DNA of 64,000 nt, from assembly GCA_012521015.1 (NCBI GenBank), contig JAAYNE010000149.1:228-64227 (forward strand), in the 5' to 3' direction. The position numbers were made by a program, and so were the translations under genes. Shown here one piece after another: positions 39,549-47,981 of the stretch (positions within the stretch are counted from its first letter, which is position 1; each line of letters begins with the position of its first letter). The DNA is from Clostridiaceae bacterium. Its GTDB lineage: Bacteria > Bacillota > Clostridia > Saccharofermentanales > DTU023. Below the pieces are notes generated by a model. It had not been told where the DNA came from. It saw nothing but the letters and a program-made list of their open reading frames with translations, and made no database searches.

Positions 39549-40340
39549 TAGCCATGTTCCAACCAGATTTATCCGAGATTTTTTAAAATGTGCCGGTGTC
39601 AATTCGGCAATTTTTTCGAATTCATCAGTATCACGTAGTTTTGCTGCTTCTGTCAGGGTATAAACAAAATAATTGTAAGGATCAACTCCTGTCTCTTTGG
39701 CTGTTTCTACAAGAGAGTAGAGAATAGCACTGGCAGTAGCTCCTCTGGGTGTGTTGGCGAATAGAAAATTCTTTCTACCGATTGCAAATGGTTTAATGCT
39801 CCGCTCTGCACGGTTGTTGTTCAGCTCAAGTCGTCCATCCAGGTAGACATTGAGAATATATTCTTTTTGGCCTAAGACATACTTTCTGGCAATGCCCAAA
39901 ACTGACTTCTCCGACACAACAATGCCTTCCAGCCATTCAAAGAATTTTCCCATGAGCGGTTTTTGCTTTGCAAGTTGTTTCTCGTAGCGTTCATCAGCGG
40001 ACATATCGGCACAGAAGTCTTCCCAAGCGAATATCTGACGGATATCTTCAACCACCTTGCCCGGCAAGGTTAAGGCTGCCTTTGTTTTCCGGTGGCTAGA
40101 TGCTGATAGATTTGACGCTCACCAGAGGGGTGCAAACCGGTAAGGGTAAGAATACGATAATAATTGTAGTATTTTTGTCAGTTTAGTGCACTCTAGGAAG
40201 CGTTTAAGGTCATTATCTGAAATTACCCGACGTCTTGGTTTGACGCTGTTATTCGTTGAATTAAATACTAAATTTTGAGTAAGGTTAATGATGTCAAAGC
40301 CTAATGTATTGATCGCCCAATTGTACGGTCTGGATGTGAT
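39549..40340 (-). pseudogene. Degraded IS66-family transposase gene (C-terminal half, with in-frame stops and frameshifts further upstream)
   Basis: The ORF 39450-40067 contains LDGRLELNNNRAERSIKPFAIGRKNFLFANTPRGA...ETAKETGVDPYNYF, a typical IS66 C-terminus. Upstream, 40068-40340 retains weak IS66-like stretches (FLE...SYSYPYRF, SSHRKTKAA) interrupted by stops. The catalytic N-terminal half is missing. Confidence 0.7.
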
Positions 40341-40552
40341 ACTTCTTATCTTTTTAATAACATAATTAAATAATCCTTTGGATTGTGTGCTTTAGTTAGC
40401 AATTTGTATATATCTATCCGCTTGAGATTTGTTATTCCTCTATGCGCAATAAATGGTGCAACATGATTTTTATATAGGAGATGAATCGAAAACTACTTTA
40501 AACGAAATACACAGTTATATGTCAGTTTAATAAAATATAAATAGTTTTTACT

Positions 40553-40579
40553 AAACCACTCTTAACAGGGTGGTTTTTT
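40553..40579 (+). terminator. Orphan rho-independent terminator-like hairpin
   Basis: Stem aaaccac/gtggttt, followed by a T run. No intact gene lies upstream. Confidence 0.5.
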
Positions 40580-40823
40580 AATGTAAAGAAAAAGGGAAAT
40601 AAGGAAGAAGGAAGAATGAGAGAGAAATATAAGTTTTTATTATTCTTTTCTTACAAGATCAAACAGCATTAACTAAAACAATGAATAATAGCATTTAATG
40701 CTTTGTTATTCCGGACAATCAATTGTAAATAACCAGGAAACATGAGAACATATAAATACAAGAAATAATTCCAAGACATAGATTCCCTTAGATGAACTAA
40801 TAACGTTTAGCTAAATAAAGGAT

Positions 40824-40980
40824 GAAAGTGTGATCTATATCCTTATGGGATTGCAGTACTCGCTATTATTGCTTTTGTTGGCATGATTAAGCAGGAAAAG
40901 AAGGTAACAATATGAAAAAGATCATTAGTATTTTATTGATTTTAGTCGTTGTCTTTGCTTTAGTTGGTTGTGGAAAGAAA
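40824..40980 (+). repeat. Paralogous 5' module (leader plus lipoprotein signal peptide), copy 1 of 2 (partner at 46354-46515)
   Basis: It aligns by eye with 46354-46515 (gaaagYgtgatStatat...ctcgctattattgcttttgttggcatgatta...aggtaacaatatgaaaaagatcattagtattttattgattttagtc). Copy 1 has a 1-nt deletion that breaks the upstream mini-ORF. Confidence 0.8.
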
Positions 40981-41400
40981 GGCCTTGACAAAGATTTCAA
41001 AATGATTGGCGATAAAGTCGCTGAAACCGATGCTGATTTTTCAAATTATAAAGAGATTCTTTCAGATTATAAAGGAGCGGAATACATAACTGACATGGAA
41101 GATCATCCGACTGAATCTATGAAGTATGCCGTAACTCCATCAATAAAAATAGGGGATTATTTTTGTAGGGCCTTTTTGGGAAATGGTACGGATATGAATT
41201 TTTTATCAATTCATTTTTATCCAGAAGATAACGATTTAACAATAAATGAACTCGAAAGAAATATTATGCTAGATTTGGAAATGGCTTACCCGTTACTAAA
41301 AGGCTATGACGCTGTAACTGACGGAGAAATCAGGATCACAGCAACAAGGCCTAAAGATCCTGATAGAGTAGTAGTCGGGTTCATAAAATATTTCGATTAA
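40912..41400 (+). CDS. Lipoprotein, function unknown
   Basis: 162 aa. The signal peptide MKKIISILLILVVVFALVGC carries a lipobox. Confidence 0.6.
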   Translation: MKKIISILLILVVVFALVGCGKKGLDKDFKMIGDKVAETDADFSNYKEILSDYKGAEYITDMEDHPTESMKYAVTPSIKIGDYFCRAFLGNGTDMNFLSIHFYPEDNDLTINELERNIMLDLEMAYPLLKGYDAVTDGEIRITATRPKDPDRVVVGFIKYFD

Positions 41401-41531
41401 TGTTAAAATGTGGGAAGTGCTTATATCAAAGCATCCTAAAGATTATTTTGCGTTAGAGAAACTAACTTTTTTACATCTCGCCAGTAGAAGTATTATGTGT
41501 TTATTTGTAAATTTCTTAAATGTCTGAACAA

Positions 41532-41540
41532 TGGTAAAAT
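41532..41540 (+). promoter_or_regulatory. Extended -10 promoter element (TGgTAAAAT) of LRR paralog 1; an identical element lies at 43312-43320 for paralog 2
   Basis: tggtaaaat sits inside the ~135-bp near-identical upstream block shared by both paralogs. It is followed by the small palindrome tgatagtatgattctatca. Confidence 0.4.
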
Positions 41541-41622
41541 TTGATAGTATGATTCTATCATATAAATATGTTAGCATTTAACGTAAGTAATCATACAGCA
41601 TTTTTTGATTTGGAGGGTGTGC

Positions 41623-43263
41623 ATGTTTTGTCCGAAGTGTGGTTTTGATCTGGGTGAACAAGATTTGAATTTTTGCAAGAATTGTGGTAATCCTTTGAAA
41701 GAAAAACTTTCTGTTCCAAACCAGCAAACCGCTGGAACTTTTCCACCAAGCTCGACTCTTCCGCCACGCCAGCGTGATATGTCGTCGCCAGAATCAGTGC
41801 TACCACAGCCGCACAGTAAGCCGCATGTATCTTCGAGGCAACAAGTACCAAGAAATTTCTATTATTCACCAACACATCAACAAGTATTTACTGAACAACG
41901 TCATCAAGAATCGAGTACTCGTAAGCGGCGTCGGCTTTTAACAATCCTGATTCCCGTTTTGGTGCTAATTATTGCAGCCGAAATTTATTTGATATTTTTC
42001 TCCGGTCTTACAGGTAAAAAACTTACAAATAATGAGGAAAGTAAGCTTTCCTTTGAATCAGTAAATGAAGGAGATCAAAAGAACTTTAACAATAAATCAA
42101 AGAGTCTCGATACTTCAAGTATATCAGAAAGTGAAGATAAACAAAGAACATTAATCAAAGAATCCGACAATCTTGATACAACTAGTGAGTCTACAGTTAC
42201 AAGAGAGTACAAAGAAGTTGAATTGGAGTCAAAAGAACCTGATCCGAACATAGCTGTTTCACCATATTCTACGCAAAGCGGAGTCAAAAGAGAGTACAAA
42301 GAAATTGGATTGCACTCGAAAGAGCCCGCAGGATTTATTTATAGTCTATTTACTGATGGTACGATTGAGATTAAGGTTATGGTCCATTGCCATGAACATA
42401 AAACAGAAACATCATTAAATATTCCACGAGAAATTGACGGACTATTGGTTACAAGTATAGGTAGTAGTGCATGTAGAGGTTGTTCTCATCTCACAGAAAT
42501 CATAATTCCTGATTCTGTCACGAGCATAGGAAACAGGGCGTTTGCTGACTGTACCTCTCTTACCAAAATAACAATTCCTGATTCTGTTATTAACATAGAT
42601 AGTATGGCGTTTGCTAGTTGCGATTCATTGACTACCGCAGTTATTCCGTATCAGCTCGAATATTGTGGTTCTGGAGTTTTTCCTAAAAATACGGATATAA
42701 GGGATCACTCTGGACAGAGTAGACCACTATATGCTCAAGAAGATGAATATGAATATACTATACTTAATCAGCCATACACTGGATTAGTCTACTGCTATCA
42801 AGGAAATGCTGAAAAAGTACACATTCCGGAAATGATTGGTGGGAAATGGGTTGTTTATTTGGATAGTGCGTTTCATTATAATGAGGACATTAAAGATGTT
42901 ATAATTCCTGATTCAGTTACTAGAATTGGTGAAAATGCGTTTGCTGAATGTAACTCTCTATCAGAAATCATAATTCCGGATTCTGTTACTAGTATAGATG
43001 ACTATGCGTTTTTTTGCTGTGAATCTCTAACAGAAATCAAGCTTCCTGATTCCGTCACTAGTATAGGTGACTGGGCATTTTGGAACTGTGAATCTCTCAC
43101 AGAAATCACAATTCCTGATTCTGTCACAAGCATAGGTAGTTGGGCATTTCGATTCTGTGACTCTCTTACACAAATCCACTTCACCGGCTCGCGCGAGCAA
43201 TGGGAGTTGCTAACGAAAGATGTCGATATTGGAGCCGATGCGGAGGTTATATTCGGTAAGTAA
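41623..43263 (+). CDS. Zinc-ribbon / single-TM / BspA-type leucine-rich-repeat surface protein, paralog 1
   Basis: ATG 41623 follows GGAGGG. The N-terminus is MFCPKCGFDLGEQDLNFCKNCGNPL (CxxC...CxxC), followed by a P-rich linker. The TM region is RKRRRLLTILIPVLVLIIAAEIYLIFF. It has repeated IPDSVTSIGxxAFxxCxSLTEI units and ends with the HFTGSREQW C-terminus. Confidence 0.8.
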   Translation: MFCPKCGFDLGEQDLNFCKNCGNPLKEKLSVPNQQTAGTFPPSSTLPPRQRDMSSPESVLPQPHSKPHVSSRQQVPRNFYYSPTHQQVFTEQRHQESSTRKRRRLLTILIPVLVLIIAAEIYLIFFSGLTGKKLTNNEESKLSFESVNEGDQKNFNNKSKSLDTSSISESEDKQRTLIKESDNLDTTSESTVTREYKEVELESKEPDPNIAVSPYSTQSGVKREYKEIGLHSKEPAGFIYSLFTDGTIEIKVMVHCHEHKTETSLNIPREIDGLLVTSIGSSACRGCSHLTEIIIPDSVTSIGNRAFADCTSLTKITIPDSVINIDSMAFASCDSLTTAVIPYQLEYCGSGVFPKNTDIRDHSGQSRPLYAQEDEYEYTILNQPYTGLVYCYQGNAEKVHIPEMIGGKWVVYLDSAFHYNEDIKDVIIPDSVTRIGENAFAECNSLSEIIIPDSVTSIDDYAFFCCESLTEIKLPDSVTSIGDWAFWNCESLTEITIPDSVTSIGSWAFRFCDSLTQIHFTGSREQWELLTKDVDIGADAEVIFGK

Positions 43264-43402
43264 GATAAGACTTGAGTGTTTATTTATAACTTTTCCTAAA
43301 TGTCTAAACAATGGTAAAATTTGATAGTATGATTCTATCATATAAATATGTTAGCATTTAACGTAAGTAATCATACAGCATTTTTTGATTTGGAGGGTGT
43401 GC

Positions 43403-44893
43403 ATGTTTTGTCCTGAGTGTGGTTTTGATCTGGGTGAACAAGATTTGAATTTTTGTAAGAATTGTGGCAATCCTTTAAAAGAAGAATTCTCAGCTCCAAA
43501 CAGGCAAACTGCCGGTTCTTCTCCGCCAAGCCCGACCCCTCCGCTACAGCAGCGTGATGTACTGCCGCCAGAACCAGTGTTACCACAGCCACATGGCAAG
43601 CCTCAAGTATCTTCAAAGCAACAGCCACAAGGAGATATTAATTATCCATCTTATTACCACCAAGTATCTGCTGAACAGCATCGTCAAGAATCGAATACTC
43701 GTAAGCGACGTCGGCTTTTAGCAATCCTGATTCCTGCTGTAGTACTCATTATTGCAGCCGGCATTTATTTGATCTTTTTCTCCGGTCTTACAGGTAAAAA
43801 GCCTACTTTTAACGAGCAAGGCAATCTTTTCTTTAAGACAAGAAAAAAAGAGTATAAAGAACGGTGGTTGGAGTCGAAAAAACCTGCAGGATTTAAATAT
43901 AATCTATTTACTGACGGCACGATTGAGATTGCCACGGTTCCCAGTCAAACTTATTACCCTAAAAGCTCTATAAACATTCCACGAGAAATTGATGGACTAT
44001 TGGTTACTAGCATAGGTGATAATGCGTTTATTAGCCTTTTACATCTTACAGAAATCAAAATTCCAGATTCAGTCACTAGCATCGGTGAGTTGGCGTTTTC
44101 TGGCTGTTACTCTCTTAGAGAAATTACAATTCCGAATTCTGTCACGAGCATAGGTAATTGGGCGTTTGCTCACTGTAAATCTCTAACAGAAATCACAATT
44201 CCTGATTCTATCATGAGCATAGGGCAAGAGGTGTTTTATAAGTGCGATTTATTAACTACAGCAATTGTTCCTTATCAGCTTGGATATTGTGGTTTTGAAG
44301 TTTTTCCGGAACATACGGATATCAGAGATCACTCCGGACAGAGCAGACCGCTCTATGCTCAAGAAGGCGATTATACATATGCTTTGCTTAATCAACCATA
44401 CACCGGATTGGTCGACTACCAAGGTAATGCTAAAACAGTATATATTCCGGAAATGATTGATGGGAAAAAAGTTGTTTATTTAAACAACACGTTTGAATTT
44501 AACGATGTCATCACAGAAAGCATCATTCCGAATTCTGTCACTAGTATAGGTGACCTGACATTTAATTACTGTGAATCTCTAACAGAAATCACAATTCCCG
44601 ATTCTGTCACCAGTATAGGTGACGAGGCGTTTAATTACTGTGAATCTCTAACAAAAATCACAATTCCTGATTCTGTCACAAGCGTTGGTGTCTCGGCTTT
44701 TTATTGCTGTACTTCTCTTACAGAAATTATAATTCCTGATTCTGTCACTAACATAGGTGACGAGGCATTTAATAATTGCTTTTCACTTGCAAAAATACAC
44801 TTCACTGGTACTCGCGAGCAATGGCAAAAACTAATAACAGATATATATATAGACTTTGATACGAATAAAGTTGAATTTACGTTTGGTAAGTAA
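43403..44893 (+). CDS. Zinc-ribbon / single-TM / BspA-type leucine-rich-repeat surface protein, paralog 2
   Basis: It has the same architecture as paralog 1. The 5' region is nearly identical at the DNA level, the middle diverges, and the IPDSVTSIG repeat and HFTGTREQW C-terminus are conserved. Confidence 0.8.
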   Translation: MFCPECGFDLGEQDLNFCKNCGNPLKEEFSAPNRQTAGSSPPSPTPPLQQRDVLPPEPVLPQPHGKPQVSSKQQPQGDINYPSYYHQVSAEQHRQESNTRKRRRLLAILIPAVVLIIAAGIYLIFFSGLTGKKPTFNEQGNLFFKTRKKEYKERWLESKKPAGFKYNLFTDGTIEIATVPSQTYYPKSSINIPREIDGLLVTSIGDNAFISLLHLTEIKIPDSVTSIGELAFSGCYSLREITIPNSVTSIGNWAFAHCKSLTEITIPDSIMSIGQEVFYKCDLLTTAIVPYQLGYCGFEVFPEHTDIRDHSGQSRPLYAQEGDYTYALLNQPYTGLVDYQGNAKTVYIPEMIDGKKVVYLNNTFEFNDVITESIIPNSVTSIGDLTFNYCESLTEITIPDSVTSIGDEAFNYCESLTKITIPDSVTSVGVSAFYCCTSLTEIIIPDSVTNIGDEAFNNCFSLAKIHFTGTREQWQKLITDIYIDFDTNKVEFTFGK

Positions 44894-44960
44894 GAAAAAA
44901 GTTTGCTTATAATTTATATTCTGTAGGTGGTGTCGAATCTATCCGCGCTCAGATAACATC
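44753..44960. repeat. Left arm of a ~205-bp inverted repeat (3' end of LRR paralog 2 plus 3' UTR plus 35-mer)
   Basis: Its reverse complement aligns with 47189-47393. The distal 35 bp, ggtggtgtcgaatctatccgcgctcagataacatc (44926-44960), match 47189-47223 with 1 mismatch. Confidence 0.85.
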
Positions 44961-45080
44961 TAGACGAAATTTTTGAAATATGGCGGTATCAGTTCAGCCA
45001 TTTTCTCAGATACATAAGCCTCACGTATGTGTAAACAAAGAACTTGTTTGTTGTACTTAATAACACTACCGGAAACAAAT
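44961..45080 (-). pseudogene. Extreme 3' end of a second IS66-family transposase gene
   Basis: The minus-strand translation ...IKYNKQVLCLHIREAYVSEKMAELIPPYFKNFV* parallels ...DPYNYFVYTLTEAAKLRDTDEFEKIAELTPAHFKK of the fragment at 39549-40067. It ends directly at the 35-mer. Confidence 0.4.
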
Positions 45081-45262
45081 TAATAAGCAATGCAAATGCA
45101 ATATAGATGCATCATAAATAAAAATTTACGACTGCATACGACCAAAAAAAACAACATAAAAAGATAGTTTATAATATAATTGTGTTAGCCGTGGGGGTTC
45201 ATTTTTAGTTTAGATAATTCTTTAGATAGTTCTTAAACTAATAAAATTCATTTTTTCAAATA

Positions 45263-45769
45263 TTATAGTATCCAATTTTCAACTTGTTTTTTAATCTTAT
45301 TTAAATTTTGATTATTCGGATGATTTTTTGCTATTCCACCAATCTTAGATAAGAAACCATAGGTATCATATCCTCGACACCAACAATTCCCAATATACTT
45401 TGCGCCATTATCTATAACATACTTTCTTATTTTTTTTGAATAATCCTTATACCTAAAGCCACAAGTATATAATATTCCTATTTCTTTATCCTTAATGTTT
45501 ATACTTTTTAACCATTTAAGTATCCCTGCATGCAGTCTATTATAATAAATTCCCGATGCAAGAATAATCAAATCAAATTCTTTTAGTTCTAAAGTTTTTA
45601 TATCTTGTAATTTTAAAATTTTAATTGGTAGTTGTTCAGAAATATAATTTATTACTTTTTCTGTATTTTTATGATGAATTGATTCATAAATTATTACTGC
45701 CTTTTTTATGTCAATCAGCCCCCCATCATGCAAATGTTGTTTGTTATTATACCATGATGTTAGGGTCAA
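45263..45769 (-). CDS. Flavodoxin-family protein
   Basis: 168 aa. KKAVIIYESIHHKNTEKV...FDLIILASGIYY is a flavodoxin-like fold pattern. The start is uncertain. The position where MKKAV would be expected reads ATA AAA AAG, and the ORF track uses an upstream TTG. Confidence 0.55.
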   Translation of the reverse strand: MTLTSWYNNKQHLHDGGLIDIKKAVIIYESIHHKNTEKVINYISEQLPIKILKLQDIKTLELKEFDLIILASGIYYNRLHAGILKWLKSINIKDKEIGILYTCGFRYKDYSKKIRKYVIDNGAKYIGNCWCRGYDTYGFLSKIGGIAKNHPNNQNLNKIKKQVENWIL

Positions 45770-45774
45770 AAGAG

Positions 45775-46085
45775 GTTTTTAGAGGTGATTTTTACGACAT
45801 TACCACGATATATAGTGGTTGTCATTTTGATTGGCACAATATACAGATGGTGCAGTGGGTCTTTTACCCTTCTCGCACAATACCGTATGGAGTGTTCCTA
45901 AAAAGAATTCCACGTAGCAGCATAGTCATTTCTACAATTACCGGAGGTACGTATAGCCCAGACTTTATGTATGTTGTAAAACGGATATCCGGGGAAAAGG
46001 AACTGAATATCATTGTTGAAACAAAGGATATTGAAAACAAAACTGACCTAAGAGATATAAAGAAAGCAAAGATAGCCACACAGGT
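45775..46085 (+). pseudogene. C-terminal remnant of a restriction endonuclease (type III Res / PD-(D/E)xK-like)
   Basis: ITGGTYSPDFMYVVKRISGEKELNIIVETKDIENKTDLRDIKKAKI resembles the YxPDF...(E/D)xK nuclease C-terminus of type III/I restriction subunits. There is no helicase region and no plausible start. Confidence 0.45.
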
Positions 46086-46101
46086 AAAAAGCGGGGGCAT
46101 T

Positions 46102-46311
46102 ATGAGTGTGACAGAATTTGAGAAAGGCTTTAGTTATATTATTTTGAGATTTATTGCACTTATCATTATTGCAATTATAGCCGGAATTGTTGATATAGCA
46201 TAAGAAAACAAAGTTGTCGGAGGTGTTTTAGCAGGTTCTTTATGTGCTATTATTGGTGGTGTAACATCAAAAAAAGTTAGGATTACTTGTTTAGACTGTG
46301 GTTATTCTTGA
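46102..46311 (+). pseudogene. Small two-TM protein frame interrupted by one in-frame TAA
   Basis: ATG 46102 follows a GGGGG SD. The translation is MSVTEFEKGFSYIILRFIALIIIAIIAGIVDIA, then TAA (46201-46203). It continues ENKVVGGVLAGSLCAIIGGVTSKKVRITCLDCGYS to TGA 46309-46311. Confidence 0.35.
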
Positions 46312-46446
46312 AGCACAGGGAAAAGAAGATAGTAACGTGAAAAAAATTAGTAGGAAAGCGTGATGTATATTCTTTCAGGAATTGCAGCACTCGCTATTAT
46401 TGCTTTTGTTGGCATGATTATTACTAGCAGGAAAAGAGGTAACAAT

Positions 46447-47154
46447 ATGAAAAAGATCATTAGTATTTTATTGATTTTAGTCTTTGTTTTGGCTTTGGTA
46501 GGTTGTGGAAACAAAACAGATGATAAAAATTATGAACGAATCGTAGAATTAGAAAGTCAATTAGCAAAAATCGTAGAAAATGTAGCTAAATTGGAAGATA
46601 CAGTAATTGATTTAAAAGATCAATTAAATACAAGAGCAGAAACGGAAGAAGTTACTACTGAAAAAACAGAAAATCCAACAGAAACGGAGACTGTAACTGA
46701 AACGGAAACAACAGAAGAAAACAAGTTTGATGGAACGGTATTAGAAACCTCTGAATATACAATTACCATTACTGACTATAAAATTATTCAACCAGGTGAA
46801 ATGGGTAACGAACACGGAGATGTACCAATAATTGCATTTTGGTATGATACTTATCTCCCTGAGATCGACAATTTAAGAATACCGAAAATAGAATCTTTGA
46901 ATCCTTATTCTGCATGGATGAATGTTTTTAAAGCAATACAGGATAATGATCCTAATATGTTCAATGAATTATATTTTAGCTACTTGCCCGATGAAACTTA
47001 TATAAAAAATAAATACGCTGAAATAAAGCGGGGCGGAACCGTTCCCTGTTCAATAGGATATGAATTGACTGATACAGAAACACCAGTAACATTAGTAGCC
47101 ACGAACTGGTTTCGCGATAAAGAATATGGAAGACACGACTATCCAGTTAAATAA
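46447..47154 (+). CDS. Lipoprotein with a coiled-coil/acidic linker, function unknown
   Basis: ATG 46447 gives MKKIISILLILVFVLALVGC (lipobox), nearly identical to the 40912 signal peptide. The ORF track fuses it in frame to an upstream 29-codon hydrophobic mini-ORF starting at 46360. Confidence 0.65.
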   Translation: MKKIISILLILVFVLALVGCGNKTDDKNYERIVELESQLAKIVENVAKLEDTVIDLKDQLNTRAETEEVTTEKTENPTETETVTETETTEENKFDGTVLETSEYTITITDYKIIQPGEMGNEHGDVPIIAFWYDTYLPEIDNLRIPKIESLNPYSAWMNVFKAIQDNDPNMFNELYFSYLPDETYIKNKYAEIKRGGTVPCSIGYELTDTETPVTLVATNWFRDKEYGRHDYPVK

Positions 47155-47246
47155 TATATAAAAAGCCTACTCCCGCGACTGCAATCAAGATGTTATCTGA
47201 GCACGGATAGATTCGACACCACCTAAATTATAAGTAAGCTTTTTTC

Positions 47247-47393
47247 TTACCTGCCAAACGTAACTTCTACATTATTCGTATCAACGCCGATATCTATATC
47301 TTTAATTAACGCTTGCCATTGCTCGCGAGAGCCGATGAAGTGGATTCGTGTAAGTGAAGAACACTCAAAAAACGCCTCGTCACCTATACCCAT
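47247..47393 (-). pseudogene. Orphan 3' cassette of a third LRR paralog (48 codons), inverted relative to paralogs 1 and 2
   Basis: The minus-strand translation MGIGDEAFFECSSLTRIHFIGSREQWQALIKDIDIGVDTNNVEVTFGR* matches the last ~48 residues of paralog 2. A TAG lies 3 codons upstream of its ATG, and no SD is present. Confidence 0.7.
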
Positions 47394-47981
47394 AACCGAC
47401 TATGATAGTTTAATTGCATTAACTTCGACAAGAGATGTAAAGGAAAACAAAAATCACTTTAAGTGACGATTGTCTTCTTCAAATACTCATCTGTTCTGGC
47501 AAAAATATTTTGCCAGAAATAAAAAAAGGGCAAGAAAGTTGAAAGATTTTCCAGTCGAACTCTTTAACCAATCCTTTACGCTCTATTGTTTGTGCTATGG
47601 TATCAAATATGTTAAAATTTTAACAAAGGAATTCAATTTGCTTTGTGCAAGTTTAATGGCAGGAAGGCATATGAAAGTCGATTTAAAATGTGTTAAGATG
47701 CGTACACCAGATAGGCTTTTTTTTTGCTACTTGCACCTCAGTTTGTTTTCTTGTTTCCATTCTTTTCTCAAGCTGTACTCATCAGGACCGGTAGGATTTC
47801 GGATCAACTGGATAACTGTCAGGTGTGCTGCTCAAGAAACGTCAAGGGATAACATTGAAATAATGAACCCCTCTTAAACTGAGGAGCCATTGGTGCGAGA
47901 AATGCAACCTGACTTAAACGTTAATCATAGATAAGCAAAGTAGTATAGCGCTTGGTGTTAGAATAAAGGAAGGAGCGGTAT

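Noticed and set aside
39149-39551. ORFs 39149-39355(-) and 39225-39551(+) between the isomerase gene and the IS debris
   Set aside because: They have no SD and no recognisable motifs. They overlap each other and the IS256 tail. The region does contain a terminator-like hairpin (about 39321-39365) but no supportable gene.
40423-40446. Third copy of the IS-end 35-mer (the shared atctatccgc core)
   Set aside because: Only ~10 contiguous bases match, and the orientation is inconsistent with the adjacent IS66 fragment. It is likely chance.
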